Of a stretch of 64,000 bases of DNA, positions 39,745-51,215 are shown one piece after another. This DNA comes from Geosiphon pyriformis uo1 (Eukaryota; Fungi; Glomeromycota): positions 1,302,001 through 1,366,000 of the forward strand of contig JAAOMT010000295.1 in NCBI GenBank assembly GCA_016748015.1, read 5' to 3'. The position numbers were made by a program, and so were the translations under genes. Each line of letters starts with the position of its first letter. Positions within the stretch are counted from its first letter, which is position 1. The notes below the pieces were generated by a model. The model ran no database searches and was not told the DNA's origin. It saw only the letters and a program-made list of their open reading frames with translations.

Positions 39745-41197
39745 ATGAATAAAAAAAAGATACCTCGATTTTTTCAGTTGCTAATTATAATAATAATTCT
39801 CGTTTCACTCTTTTTAAAAATTTTCACACAATCGATATTTTCACACAAAATTATTATTCTAGAAAAAAGTATTGAACACAATGTAAAAAATCATAAAAAT
39901 GAATCGAAAACAAGTGAAAATAAAAGATCATTTCAGGATTCAGAGTCTTCATCGTCGCATCTACAAAAAGTACCTTGGAATCTAAGGCAAGAAGAGTGGA
40001 AAGATTTGGAGATAATGGCTCATCTCGCCAATTTTGGATACTGTTATGAAATCAATAAAATTGGAAAGAAACTTGCTGCAAAATTTGTGAAAGGTAATTT
40101 TGAGTTTCAATTTCGATCTAACCAAATTTTGACCACTTATATAATTCATATAAATTCTTTTCAGCCGGTGAGTTTTTTGATGAGGAGACTTCACAGCTTT
40201 TTATTTATTTTAAAGGAAAAGTATGTATTTTTCAAAGAATCGTATCTATTGTTGAAGCCAATTTGAAAATTATAGTTCCACACAAATCTAATTGTTTTTA
40301 GGAACTGACAAAATCACAATGGATTGTAAGAAGAACGACTCTAGTTGGTTTTACATTTGAACCATACAATGTTAACTCATTGGTAAAAGTAGACAATGAA
40401 TGGTTTGGAAATTTTAAACAAATGTGGGCCAACATATTAGCGGTAATTATGGCTAGGTTAGCTCAAGAGCGTAAAAAAGGTGGGATAAAAGGGCTTTTTT
40501 TTACTGGACATGCTATTGGTGGTGGTATGTTTTTTTTGATTATATGTTCATAATGAAAAAAATTAGCATCTACAAACTAATTTTTTTAAATATTTTAGCC
40601 TATGCTACATTCGCAGCTCTATATTGGCGGTTGTTTAAAGCCAGTCAAAGTTCTCCCAATACAAAATCCTTTAATTTTCCCACCCAGCTTGTCACTTTTG
40701 GCGCTCCAAGGATTGGCAATATTGTCTTTGCCAGATTTTTAAACACATGGAGTTCCAAGAATGATTTCAGGGTGACCACTGGAAATGATCATGTACCCCA
40801 TTTCCCTGCTTCTATAAATGGCAATAATATCTTGAAACATTCCGAACTTGAAGTTTGGATCGAATCCCAATCCAAAAACTGTGATTGTTTAGAGATTGAA
40901 CTTTTCAAATGCCCTGGTGTTTTACCTTCAGTAAACGATGTGAAAAAATTACAATTTTCTAGAAAAGTCTTTATGTTTCCTCCTGATGAAGTAAAAGCTG
41001 GTGAAAATGAGGTAATTTTTTTAGATAAATGTTTTTCGCATTTGATAATTTATAATACATAATATATATTTTCTGCTATCTAGGAATGTAACTTGGGGCA
41101 AAAACATGATGATGTTCCGGGAGATTTTTTTCATAAAGGTCCATATTTTACTATCACCATGGGTGATTGTAGTGGTTATCCAAATATCAATATTTAA
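39745..41197 (+). CDS. Secreted or membrane-anchored class-3 lipase-like protein, nucleophile Ser replaced by Ala (GHAIG), 5 exons, about 384 aa
   Basis: Exons 39745-40093, 40165-40220, 40302-40524, 40599-41011 and 41084-41197 are all in phase. N-terminal hydrophobic segment; MAHLANFGYC, IYFKG, FFTGHAIGGAYA, VTFGAPRIGN, RVTTGNDHVPHFP, HSELEVWI, CDC and FHKGPYF. Confidence 0.9.
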
Positions 41198-41628
41198 TTT
41201 TTTTCTTTGTGGCAGCTACCATTAAAATGGTTATTTTGATATTCTCATTAAACTCGACAATCCCTCCCTCTTTCAAAAATTTTAATGGGAATATTTGCCA
41301 AATTTTCTTAAATCAATAAAAAAATTTCAAGCTTCAAAAGTAAAAGATACAATATTTAAACCATTATTTCTACTATAAAGCATAAAAGTAATACATATTT
41401 GATTGTTTTTATGTAATGGTCTTGAACTTTTCGTATTGATAAAAGAAAACAAAAACAATTAGAATTTTGAAAATCGATTTTTTACATCCTTAGGTTGAAG
41501 GTCATAATACAATTATTGATAAGATGAAAAAATATTTCTTTATTGACTAGCCTAATCGCCTGATTTGAACCTTATTAAGCATTTATTTATGAGAAAATAA
41601 ATCTAAAGACTGTAAAATAGTTGATAAT

Positions 41629-42150
41629 TGTCACAAATGACTAAACCAACATAACAATCAAATAATAGTTAAAAACAGGCTCAGACTTACTTAATAATAT
41701 AAATAATGTCACAAAACATCAATAATTATATTATTACAGATTAAAGTAATGTGCTAATAAATAGCAGAGGAATCAATTTCAAAATCACAATTGTTAATTT
41801 TTCAAAAAAATTATCTTTAATTATTTTAATAATTGTTTATTTAATAAATTACAAGAGTAAGTTTTTTACTTTTCAAGCTAATTTTGACAAATAAATATTC
41901 AGAAATTCAAAAAAAATATTGAATTAACTTTAATTTAAATTAAAGAAATATAAAAGTGTAATTAGTCAAATTATGATTAAAACTCTTTATAGCTTTAAAA
42001 GTTTCATTTATATACTTAATAAACAGAGTAAATAATCAAGTTAACAATAAGGTAATAATCAGATTATTGATCAGACCAATAATTTAGTTTATAACTAAAA
42101 ATAGGATGGCTAAAATATGTGACATTAATGACTAAAGAAATTAAAATTAA
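41629..42150. mobile_element. Degenerate solo-LTR-like relic related to the Gypsy LTRs of this window
   Basis: Starts TGTCACA. Positions 42033-42135 carry decayed 12-mers (AATCAAGTTAAC, AATCAGATTATT, GATCAGACCAAT) and TAAAAATAGGATGGCTAAAATATGTGACATTAATGACTAA, matching LTR-A 50411-50450. Boundaries approximate. Confidence 0.5.
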
Positions 42151-43469
42151 AGTATGGGAAAATTTATTTTTAAAATTTTAAAATTGAAATAAAATATATA
42201 CTATTCAAAAAAAGTTAAATTATTTAGTTAAAGATATGTTTTTTTTTATGTTATTGAATTATATAAAATAAGTTATTAATTGCTAAACCCTAATTAAGTT
42301 ATAATAAAGTGCCTAATAAAATTTATTTGCAAAACTATGAAGCTTTTAATATAAAAAGAGGTATTGCTATTTTTTATAATTCAAGTTGTGGGTTATTTAT
42401 TTATTCTCATATCTGAAATCCTTAATCTCGTATCACAAAAAAATAATAATATTGATAATTACTATTGAACTGACGATTTTAGTAAAAACCCAAAGTCAAT
42501 CCATACAGACTTTTTACACTAAATATTTTCTTAATTTATATTTGCTTTTAACAATTTATAATTAAAACGTTAAATTGTGAACACGGAATTTTTATTTATT
42601 TGTCTTCTTGCGAAAAATTAAAGTCACCTAAAATAAATAATAATTTTGAATTTTTTTCATGAGATTTAAAGGTATTGGGACCTATCTGGATGATAATATC
42701 GAAAACAGTACCCACTTCGGAAACCTCTCATTTATTAAACTCAGTTGCTGAATTGACGCTAAAGAGCATGAGATGCAAGTGTTCCATTGATCGGCTTTTT
42801 AAGGATCGTTATGTGACCAACCAACTATTGAATGCAAATTGATATTATATTTTAGAGTCCAAACTTCTAAAAGGAAAATTTGTATTAGCTGTATATTAGC
42901 CAAATCATAACCTGGCTACCTTTCATTAAAACTGGCTTTCTTGACATTATTTTTACCGTCCAAAGAATGCGTTTTTTTTTCAAGGAAATAAATGTATCGT
43001 TTGCAATATTATATTGATTGGAAACAAAACTTAGCTTTCTTATCGGGAAAGCTGCAAGAACGCTTGGATCTTTGATTTTCCTTCATATTTTTTATGTAGC
43101 TCTTCTTTTTTAAAATTTAGTTAATTATAAAGAGACTCAAATATTTTACAAGGCAGTCTTTCTGTCCCGCTGGTTATCAGCAAACATGACAAAATTAGAG
43201 GCTATCAAATCATCGGAATGTCTTTAACAACTTTGAATGTCCAGAGGGCGCTGAAACTTACATAGAAATGTGACTATTTCCCCAAAAACTGTTAGTGATA
43301 ACAAGAGAGCAAGTTTAGGTTTTGAGGTTTTGAGGTTTTGACTAAAACGTCAAAGTGAGTAGTTGATAGACGAAAGAATTTTAAAAGATTTTGCGCAAAG
43401 ATCTTTCAGTAAAAAAGAATGTAATAAATCACTATCATCAGTTTCTAATCAGTTTCGGAAATTATGAAT

Positions 43470-44930
43470 CTTCATCTGCTTCTTTCTAAGCTTGTGAATA
43501 GTTTGAAGAGATTATTAGAAACTATCAAAGATAGCTTTTGAGCCTAGTTTCATATTTCCACGTATTCGAATCCCAAACATCAATTCGCTACAATCCACAT
43601 TTTTTTCACCAAATCCCCAAACAATATTCTTTGACCCATTTGCAATTATCCGAAACATCTTTATTTTCTCAAGTTAAAATATCATTATTGCTGAAATTAG
43701 ATAAAAAGACTATAATAAAGAAATAAGTAAAAACCAATAAATGGGTGATTGGGAAATAGTTTCGAAAAGGTTTGCCAGGGATAAGAATGTATGTGAGAAC
43801 AAAGCAAAAATCCTGTGACTAGCTCCTTCCTTGAAAACGCCAGCTGAGTAGACATCATCTAACTTCAAATTTTATTAATTTCCTAAAAGGAAGACCATTC
43901 ATAGTTGCTTTTGAAAGGTTGATTAATGGTATTCTCAATCGAAACTTTCGGATCATTGCTTACAGCCCAGTTAACACAAATCGATGAATCAATAATGACA
44001 CATCCATCATTTTTACGCCTCTTCAAGAGCGATTTCAACCAGTCTTTAAATCTATACCATGGTGGTAAGATATCGATTGGGGGTTTTGGTTGTTTATCCT
44101 CTAAAATTGATCCAGAAGGCGAATGAGAATTTGTTGGCAGGCAAATAGTGGAAGGTTGTTCATAAGGATTAACAGCTTCTATAGATATTGATTGGTTTCC
44201 CAGCCTACAATCACAGCCGATCCTAATCTGATCGAGTTTTAAAAAACCTGAATGCAATCCCACAAGATTTGATGGGAGATTTGCATCAAGCTTTTGCTCA
44301 GGTACAGTAAGAATCACCTCGGTACGAATTTCGTTGCCGTTCAGTAAATCGATAGTCAAGGGAAAATCTATGGCTGGAACTATTCGAAAGAGCTGAATAA
44401 TGAGTTCCATGACATCGATCCTAATATTCCAAGAAGATTCAAGCTGTTCATGAAGCCTATTGAGATTTTGATTGGCAAACCATAACGAAATTTCTTTAGC
44501 TGAGACACCTTGATATAAAAAATATTTTATTAAAATCGACATTTGTTCAAACAAAAATAAATTAGCGGAACAATTAAAATTTCTTTTGAATATTCACCAG
44601 TTGCATTTTGTACAATTAATTTTAGTTCCATAAATGCCATACCCGGTCCAAAAGTTATCATTAAGGATTGACCATAACGTGACAAGATATTGAAGAACTT
44701 TTGGTTTGTTTCTTGGGTTCTACCAATTGCCATAATTTTCTCGCAAGGCTGGTTTGGATTTAGTGAGTCAACGCTGAAATTCAAAGGAAAATAAACAGTA
44801 AAGGGTTGCCCAAAAATTATTTCTTTATTGTGACCAAGTGGTTCAAAAATCCCTAAACTTTCTTTGAAGGTTAATATTTACTTGAGTGCAGTGCTTGTTT
44901 CACTACTTTTGACATAAAACACAAACCATA
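43470..44930 (-). pseudogene. Pseudogene or disrupted multi-exon gene of unknown family
   Basis: Long coding-like exons (about 44880-44600 and 44509-43950) join at G|GTGAAT...AG|GT. The upstream frame has TAA stops and no clear ATG; downstream exons have a frameshift and TGA/TAG stops where Trp/Gln fit. Confidence 0.55.
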
Positions 44931-45449
44931 TTTATTCAAATTTTGTTTTTTTTAACTGAAGAAGTTAAATTGATTGTTCTCTCAAATCGAAAGCAAGGTT
45001 GCCAAAAATTTTTTTTACATTATAAAAGAAATATTGAAGTTAACTTACATATCCAGGTCAGCTACTATATTCATACTCCTTAACTATCAAAAAAAATACC
45101 CTTACAACATGCTCCAAGACCTTCAGTGAATAAGAAATTTCTACGTATTACCATAAAGAGATGAAGGCATTGCAGCAAAATTAAGTACTACGGATAGCAG
45201 CGCCTTCCCTATGCCATCAAAACAAGGTAAAATTGATTTAAAGATCCGAACCATGAGAAAAAGAGAATTTTGATCAATATCACACTATAAAACCAAAGGT
45301 GATATTTTTTCGTCCAATTAAAAATTTAGAATAGTTTAAAATGAATATGATTTTAATTTTTTAATAAATTTATTCAAATTAAACAAAAATTAAAACAGCA
45401 ATGCTAAATTTATTTTAATTTAGTGAGTTAATTTAATTTAATTTAAATG

Positions 45450-45536
45450 CTTTAGCAAAGTGTGATCTAACCATTATTTAAATACATCCATATTAAACGT
45501 GGCTCATACGCTTTCTACACATGACCAACCACCCGA
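45450..45536 (-). mobile_element. Short LINE 3'-end relic
   Basis: Reverse complement reads GGGTGGTTGGTCATGTGTAGAAAGCGTATGAGCCACG..ATAATGGTTAGATCACAC, the same tail family as 1335-1430, 17986-18075 and 19107-19200. Confidence 0.55.
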
Positions 45537-46404
45537 AAAATATTATTAAAATACTTCAAAAAACATAAATTTAGAAAAATAAATATTTTTTAATATAAAT
45601 AATTGAACATTCATTAAATTGATCCATAAATAATAAATTTAAAATAATAATTAAATAAAATTAAGTATTATAATATAACAAAAATTAAAAAAAAACAAAT
45701 AAGTTTAAATTTCAGAATTTGATTAATATTTTATTTTGATATGCAATAGATCCTCAAAAATTAACACTCAACTATCAAGACAAATAAAGAATTTGTAATT
45801 TTGTTGATATTTTTGTTTTATCAAGAAGTTTTTAATAAAAAATAATTAATAAATATATTAAAATCATTATATTATCAACAAATATTTAAATACTTATTCA
45901 TACTAACATAGTGATTAATGAAAATGAATTTTTTATGAAAAAACCTGATAAATTTTATCAAACAAATTAATAAAATATTTGAAAACTTAAATAATTGATA
46001 TGTTAATATTAAAAAATAATAATTTAAAACTTATAATTATTTTTTTAACATAAAAGTAATTAAAAATTTAAGTATAATTATTTTTGGATTATTTATCGAA
46101 ACATTTTACATATCAAATAAATCAGTTTTCAAGAAATATATTCATAAGATGTATCTATCAATTAAAAATATTTATGTATTAGTTTTTACATACCAAAATA
46201 ATAAATAATAAATAGTTAGTATTTACTAATCATGCTTTAAGATTATAAATAATATTTTTGATAAGTATTAAATTATTTCAACCTTATAATTTAAGATATA
46301 AATAAAATATTTATATGTTTTTGAAATATATCAAATTGAGTAGTTTAATATCATATTTAACTAAAATCTTTACAAGTAAAATAACTACTTAAATTCTACA
46401 TAAA

Positions 46405-46980
46405 AAGTGATAAATTTATGCTTAAATGCATAGTAACAACAATATTATTGTCTTTCAACATACTTGAAAAAAAATTAAGAAAGTTTTGCTTATTATCAAA
46501 AACTTTTTATATGAAAGACAATTAGAACTTTATGGTTACTTCAATGAAATTATAGAAAACATAAAACTCTTAAAGAAAACAACTTCAAAAATACAAATAA
46601 AGATTTTGAAAATTATATAATTAGATGTTTTTAGAGTTTTAATTATTGTTAAAAAAGCCAAAAATTTTTGTAAAAAATTTCGTTTCTTGGATACAAAACT
46701 CATTTTATCTCGAATTTATACTTTATTAACAAAAGATTTTACCAAATTAATTAATTTTAAGTTAAACAACACTCTTTAAATAGAATATTTTATAAATAAT
46801 TTAATTTTACCAAAGCTTAATTTCTTTAAAAAGAATAATATTATAATTAAAAATTATAGTTTTTATTAATTATTACATATATTAACCAATAATAATATAT
46901 AATTAATCATTTTATTTTTAGATAATAGTCATTAATTTGACTATTAACTTAATTAATTACTTAATTATTGATTTTTTTTA
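46405..46980 (+). mobile_element. Heavily decayed 3' end (ORF3, PPT and start of LTR) of a Gypsy copy related to element A
   Basis: Translates DKFMLKCIVTTILLSF..YERQLELYGYF..KKTT..LDVFRVL..KKAK..LDTKLIL..YTLL TKDF.KL..FKL, collinear with ORF 50553-51215. 46780-46980 matches the reverse complement of 50380-50552 with C>T/G>A decay. Confidence 0.8.
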
Positions 46981-47030
46981 ATAACTATATAAGTAATGAA
47001 TTTTTTAACTATAGAAAGACATAAAATTAA

Positions 47031-47068
<38 letters not shown>

Positions 47069-47211
47069 TCATGTATTAATATTTCTTTTTTTTAATATTT
47101 TAATTTTAAGTATTTAAACATTTGTAAATAAAAAATTATTTATTGGTATTTACATATCTTTTTTTTGTTTTTTTTGTTTTGTATTAATAAAATTAGTCTG
47201 AAAGCTATCTG

Positions 47212-47679
47212 CTTCCTTTTATAATTTATTAAATAAAAAAATAATTAAAAAGCACAACAATAATTGTTATTAATTCTAAAAATTATTAAAGAAAACATAG
47301 AATAATAACAGTAGTATTATTTTGTTAATTATAAATTATTTTTAGATTTTTAGATTTTTTAAAAATTTAAGCAACTGTATTTTTAAGATTAATTGTGTAT
47401 ATTAAATTCTTATTAATTTAATTTGTTCTTTTAATTAAATTTCTTTTTTAATTATTTTTATTATTCTTAATAATCTTTTTTTTTTGTTATTTATTAACTT
47501 ATTACTCAAATTTATAATAATATAGTTATAAAATTATAATGGCTTAATTTTTTTAAAAATTTGAAAATAAAAAATAATTTATAATTATTTTATGTTTTAC
47601 TTTACTAATTTTTAAAATTAATAACAATTATTGTTGTGCTTTTTAATAATTTCTTTATTTAATAAATTATAAAAATAAG
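47212..47679. repeat. Long imperfect inverted repeat (foldback/MITE-like), arms about 47212-47380 and 47535-47679
   Basis: AAAAAGCACAACAATAATTGTTATTAATT on the left arm has its reverse complement AATTAATAACAATTATTGTTGTGCTTTTT on the right arm; pairing extends inward and outward. Confidence 0.75.
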
Positions 47680-48239
47680 AAATAAGCAAAAAAAATTAAT
47701 AAAAATTAATAAATAATTGTTTTTTTATTATTTTTAATTTTAAAAATGCTAAAAACTTATTTATTGCTAAAATATTTTTATTAAAAAACTTAATTATTAA
47801 GATTAAAAATGTTAAATATCTAAATAAAATAAGTTAAAATATTAAAAGTTTTGAAAATTTAAAAAATAGTTGTCAAATAAATAGATAGTTTTTAATTAAT
47901 AAAAGTTATATCATTAAAAATATTCTTAATAAAAAGCTTTTAAATAGTAAAACAGCTGGTTTGTTAAAAACTTCTAATAAGTTCTAAAACCATTATAATA
48001 TTATAATTTTAGATTTATTCTAAAAACTTTTGAATTTTTTTTATAAGTTAAAAATTGTTTGATTTTTAAAAAAACTTAAATTATATTATTAAGTTATTAA
48101 TTAATATATCTTTTTAATTTTTATTATTAATTAGCATATAATATTGATTTATAATTTATAATTTATTATTTATTATTAGCTAATTATAAGTATAATTAAA
48201 TATAAAATATAAAAACTTTTTTTTTACATTCCAAATTGT

Positions 48240-49041
48240 CTAAAAAACATATTTTTAAAAAAGAAGTTTTTTTATTTTTTTCTGTTGTTTTTTTGCAATA
48301 TTTTTTAAGTAAATAATTTCTTTGTAGTAAATATAATAACTGTCTTAGATAATAATATATCTAAAAAAAAAGTGTTTAAAAAAATTTTTTATAATCCTAT
48401 TAAAAAATTTTTTTCTTAGAAAAAAAACTTTTGTTAATAATATCAAATATTCTAATAATAAAAAAAATTTTTTTTTGGTTAAATCTGCTGGTAGTAGTGT
48501 ATATTCAGATATAAACAACAAGTTTGGTAATAGTAAAAATAATAGTATGATATTAAGTATTAATAGTAGCTTTTTTTTTGGCTTAGTGACAACAATTTCT
48601 AAAGCTAAAAAAGTAAATACTAGTTTTGAATGTAGTTTTTCTATTGGTATAATTAATTATAATATGAATAAAGATAAAAAACTTCTTTTTTTTTTCTCAA
48701 TAATTTTTTAGACAAAAAGTAAATTGATTTGAAGATTGTTAAAACTTAAGTTAAAATATTTATTAAAAAATTTTTTGTTTTAAACCTATTAGCTATAAAG
48801 AGCAAATCAATTATTGCAAAAACTTAAGCTATTAGATAACTTTTTTTAATAATCAATGGTTTTGAAAAAACTACTACTTTTTCAAAATTTGAAAAGATCA
48901 TTAAATTAATGTTTATATTAGAGGAAAATATAGAAAAAATTGTATTATTGACTAGAAAAAAAGACATTATTATAAACAATAATCTTAAAAAGCAAGATTT
49001 TTGTTTAAATTAGACTGTTGTAATTAAAAAAATTTTCATAA
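48240..49041 (+). mobile_element. Degenerate LINE 5' region/ORF1 relic, truncated by Gypsy element B
   Basis: Residual reading INGFEKTTTFSKFEKIIKLMF..EENIEK...RKKDIIINNNLKKQ...TVVIKKI is consistent with a transition-decayed fungal LINE ORF1 (recognition from memory, not a search). It stops abruptly at TGTTAC (49042). Confidence 0.5.
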
Positions 49042-49804
49042 TGTTACTAATAGAATTTTAGTTATTAATCAACATAAAATTACTCTTATAATTTCTATTA
49101 TTAATTAATATATATTAATATTTTTTTAATTATTACTTATTACCTAATCAAATTATTAAATATTACTATCTAATTAATAACTCAATTTGTACAATAAAAA
49201 TTAGGATGATCAAATTACATAATATTTCAAACTATATAATATCTAAAAATTTGCTAAAATAATGAATAGTATACTAAAATATTTAATAGTTTGTCAAAAT
49301 AATTTGTAGCTCATTAAAATATATCTTTAGTTTGTCTAAATTATAGTAAAAAGAAAAATTTAAATTTATAGACTAGTACTATAACAAATTGTATAAAAAA
49401 AAAGCTTTTTTTTTGAAAAAATATATCTTATTATAAATATTTTACTTTAGATTTATTCTAATTAGTACAATTCAAAAATAAAATATATTTTAAAAAAAAT
49501 TCAATTTTTAAAATAATTATATTTGACATTTTCCAAAACCCAATTAATGTTTTAAAATTGATTAGCTACTAATTTCAGTAATTTATTAGTAACTTTAAGC
49601 TTAAATAGAAAATAATTTTCTTGACAAAATTTTATTTTTTTTACATTTTTTTATTTTTTTTTATTTTTATTATTATTATTATTAGAATAGTCTATAAACA
49701 AAATTCTTGTAAAAAAGTTGACTTTTACAGCAAAATAACTATACATTTTTAATAAGCTTTCAGACAAGCAATTTCTGAAAAAAAGTTAACATTTATTATA
49801 ATAT

Positions 49805-50493
49805 TGTTACGGGTTGGAGTAACAAGCTAACAGATAGCAAGGGAGAACAGAATTGTAGGGTGATGGAAATAATCAAAGGGGATTCAACTTCAAAGAGTGA
49901 ATTGAATAAGTAAGGATTCAATGTGCAAGATCAGTCTTATAAAATATCTCAGTTACTATTTTTTTCAAGGATAACCAGGAAATCTGAAGATAGAGGAATA
50001 GTCCGTACTGTTAACAATTAATCACCACTGGTATTAATTCTATGCCTTCACTTTGGCGCTCTTAGAATTCAATATCAGGTATTAACTTGTGCTCTTCAGT
50101 CACGTTTATACAAATAGTCTTCAAATACTACAATTATTCAAACAGAAAAAGGCCAACAAGTAATTTTTTATCTTAAGATATTTAGATACTTGAAGATAAA
50201 AAAAGGAAAATTAGCGATAAGAGAGTGATTGAGATGAAATTGTTATTTTATTTATTTGATTCTTGTCTGAGAGATGATTTTCTACAGCTAAGAGACTCAT
50301 CACTTATATATCTGTTAAAAGTGATCAATGATCAGATCATTGATCAGATTAATGATCAGATTAATAATCAGATCAACGATCAGGTTATTGATCAAGTCAA
50401 TGATCACTATCTAAAAATAGAGTGGCTAATTATATGACATCAGTGGCTAATACATGTAATAACTAATAAAAATTATGAGTTTCAACTGTAATA
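49805..50493 (-). repeat. 3' LTR of element A (689 bp, 6 x 12-bp units)
   Basis: TGTTAC...GTAATA ends (terminal CA decayed); aligns end to end with 56829-57565. Confidence 0.93.
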
Positions 50494-50504
50494 TCATCCT
50501 CTCC
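50494..50504 (-). promoter_or_regulatory. Polypurine tract of element A
   Basis: Minus strand GGAGAGGATGA lies immediately before the 3' LTR. Confidence 0.75.
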
Positions 50505-50552
50505 AAAGAGATTGAGCTCCAGCAAAATCAAGCTATTTATAAGGTATTCTAA

Positions 50553-51215
50553 TTAAAAAATTTTGTCTAACTTAAAACTAACTAGTTTGTTGAAGTCTTT
50601 TGTGGATAGAGTGTATAGTACTTGAGGCAAAATAAGCTTTGTATCTAAGAGACCAAATTTTTGTATAAGAGTTTTGGCTTTTCTTGCAATGGTCAAAACT
50701 CTTAAGACATTTAAACGTATAATGCCCAAAATTTCTACTTGTATCTCTAAAGTTGTTTTCTTCATGAGCTTCATTTCTTTTATGGTTTTACCAAAGCGAC
50801 CATAGAACTCTAGTTGTCTTCTATATGACAAGTTTTTGTCTATGGGCAAAATTTCTTTAATTGTTTTTCCAATTGTGGTGAAAGATACAAGTATTGCTGC
50901 TGTTATGCTTTCTAACAGATACTTATCCATTTTGCTACCAATTTTTTCTCTTCTGGTAGTTGTTTTCTTTGGTCTGATAACAGTATGAGTTCCACTGTTG
51001 TCAGTTATTGTGGTCTGTTTTCCAATAGTCAAGGTAGCATTTGAATAGTTTTTGATCCAATATTCATGGAAAGTATAGAAAGCATTTTGAATGTTTTGAT
51101 CCAGAAAATAATTGTTCATGTTGATTGAAAATACCTCTGTTTTGGGAATAGTGCATTTATTTATACTTGGTTTTTGCTGATTATTTGGGTCGATATTACT
51201 ACAACTGGTAACCAA
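50553..51215 (-). CDS. Extra ORF (ORF3) of element A between integrase and PPT, function unknown
   Basis: Open for 220 codons (first ATG at 51120, MNNYFL, about 188 aa) while gag and pol are broken; a homologous decayed copy lies at 46405-46780. Confidence 0.65.
   Translation of the reverse strand: MVTSCSNIDPNNQQKPSINKCTIPKTEVFSINMNNYFLDQNIQNAFYTFHEYWIKNYSNATLTIGKQTTITDNSGTHTVIRPKKTTTRREKIGSKMDKYLLESITAAILVSFTTIGKTIKEILPIDKNLSYRRQLEFYGRFGKTIKEMKLMKKTTLEIQVEILGIIRLNVLRVLTIARKAKTLIQKFGLLDTKLILPQVLYTLSTKDFNKLVSFKLDKIF

Noticed and set aside
50225-50437. ORF with (INDQ)n repeats, and a CRISPR-like look of the 12-mer arrays
   Set aside because: It is the translation of the LTR tandem array; the units are contiguous with no spacers and the genome is eukaryotic.
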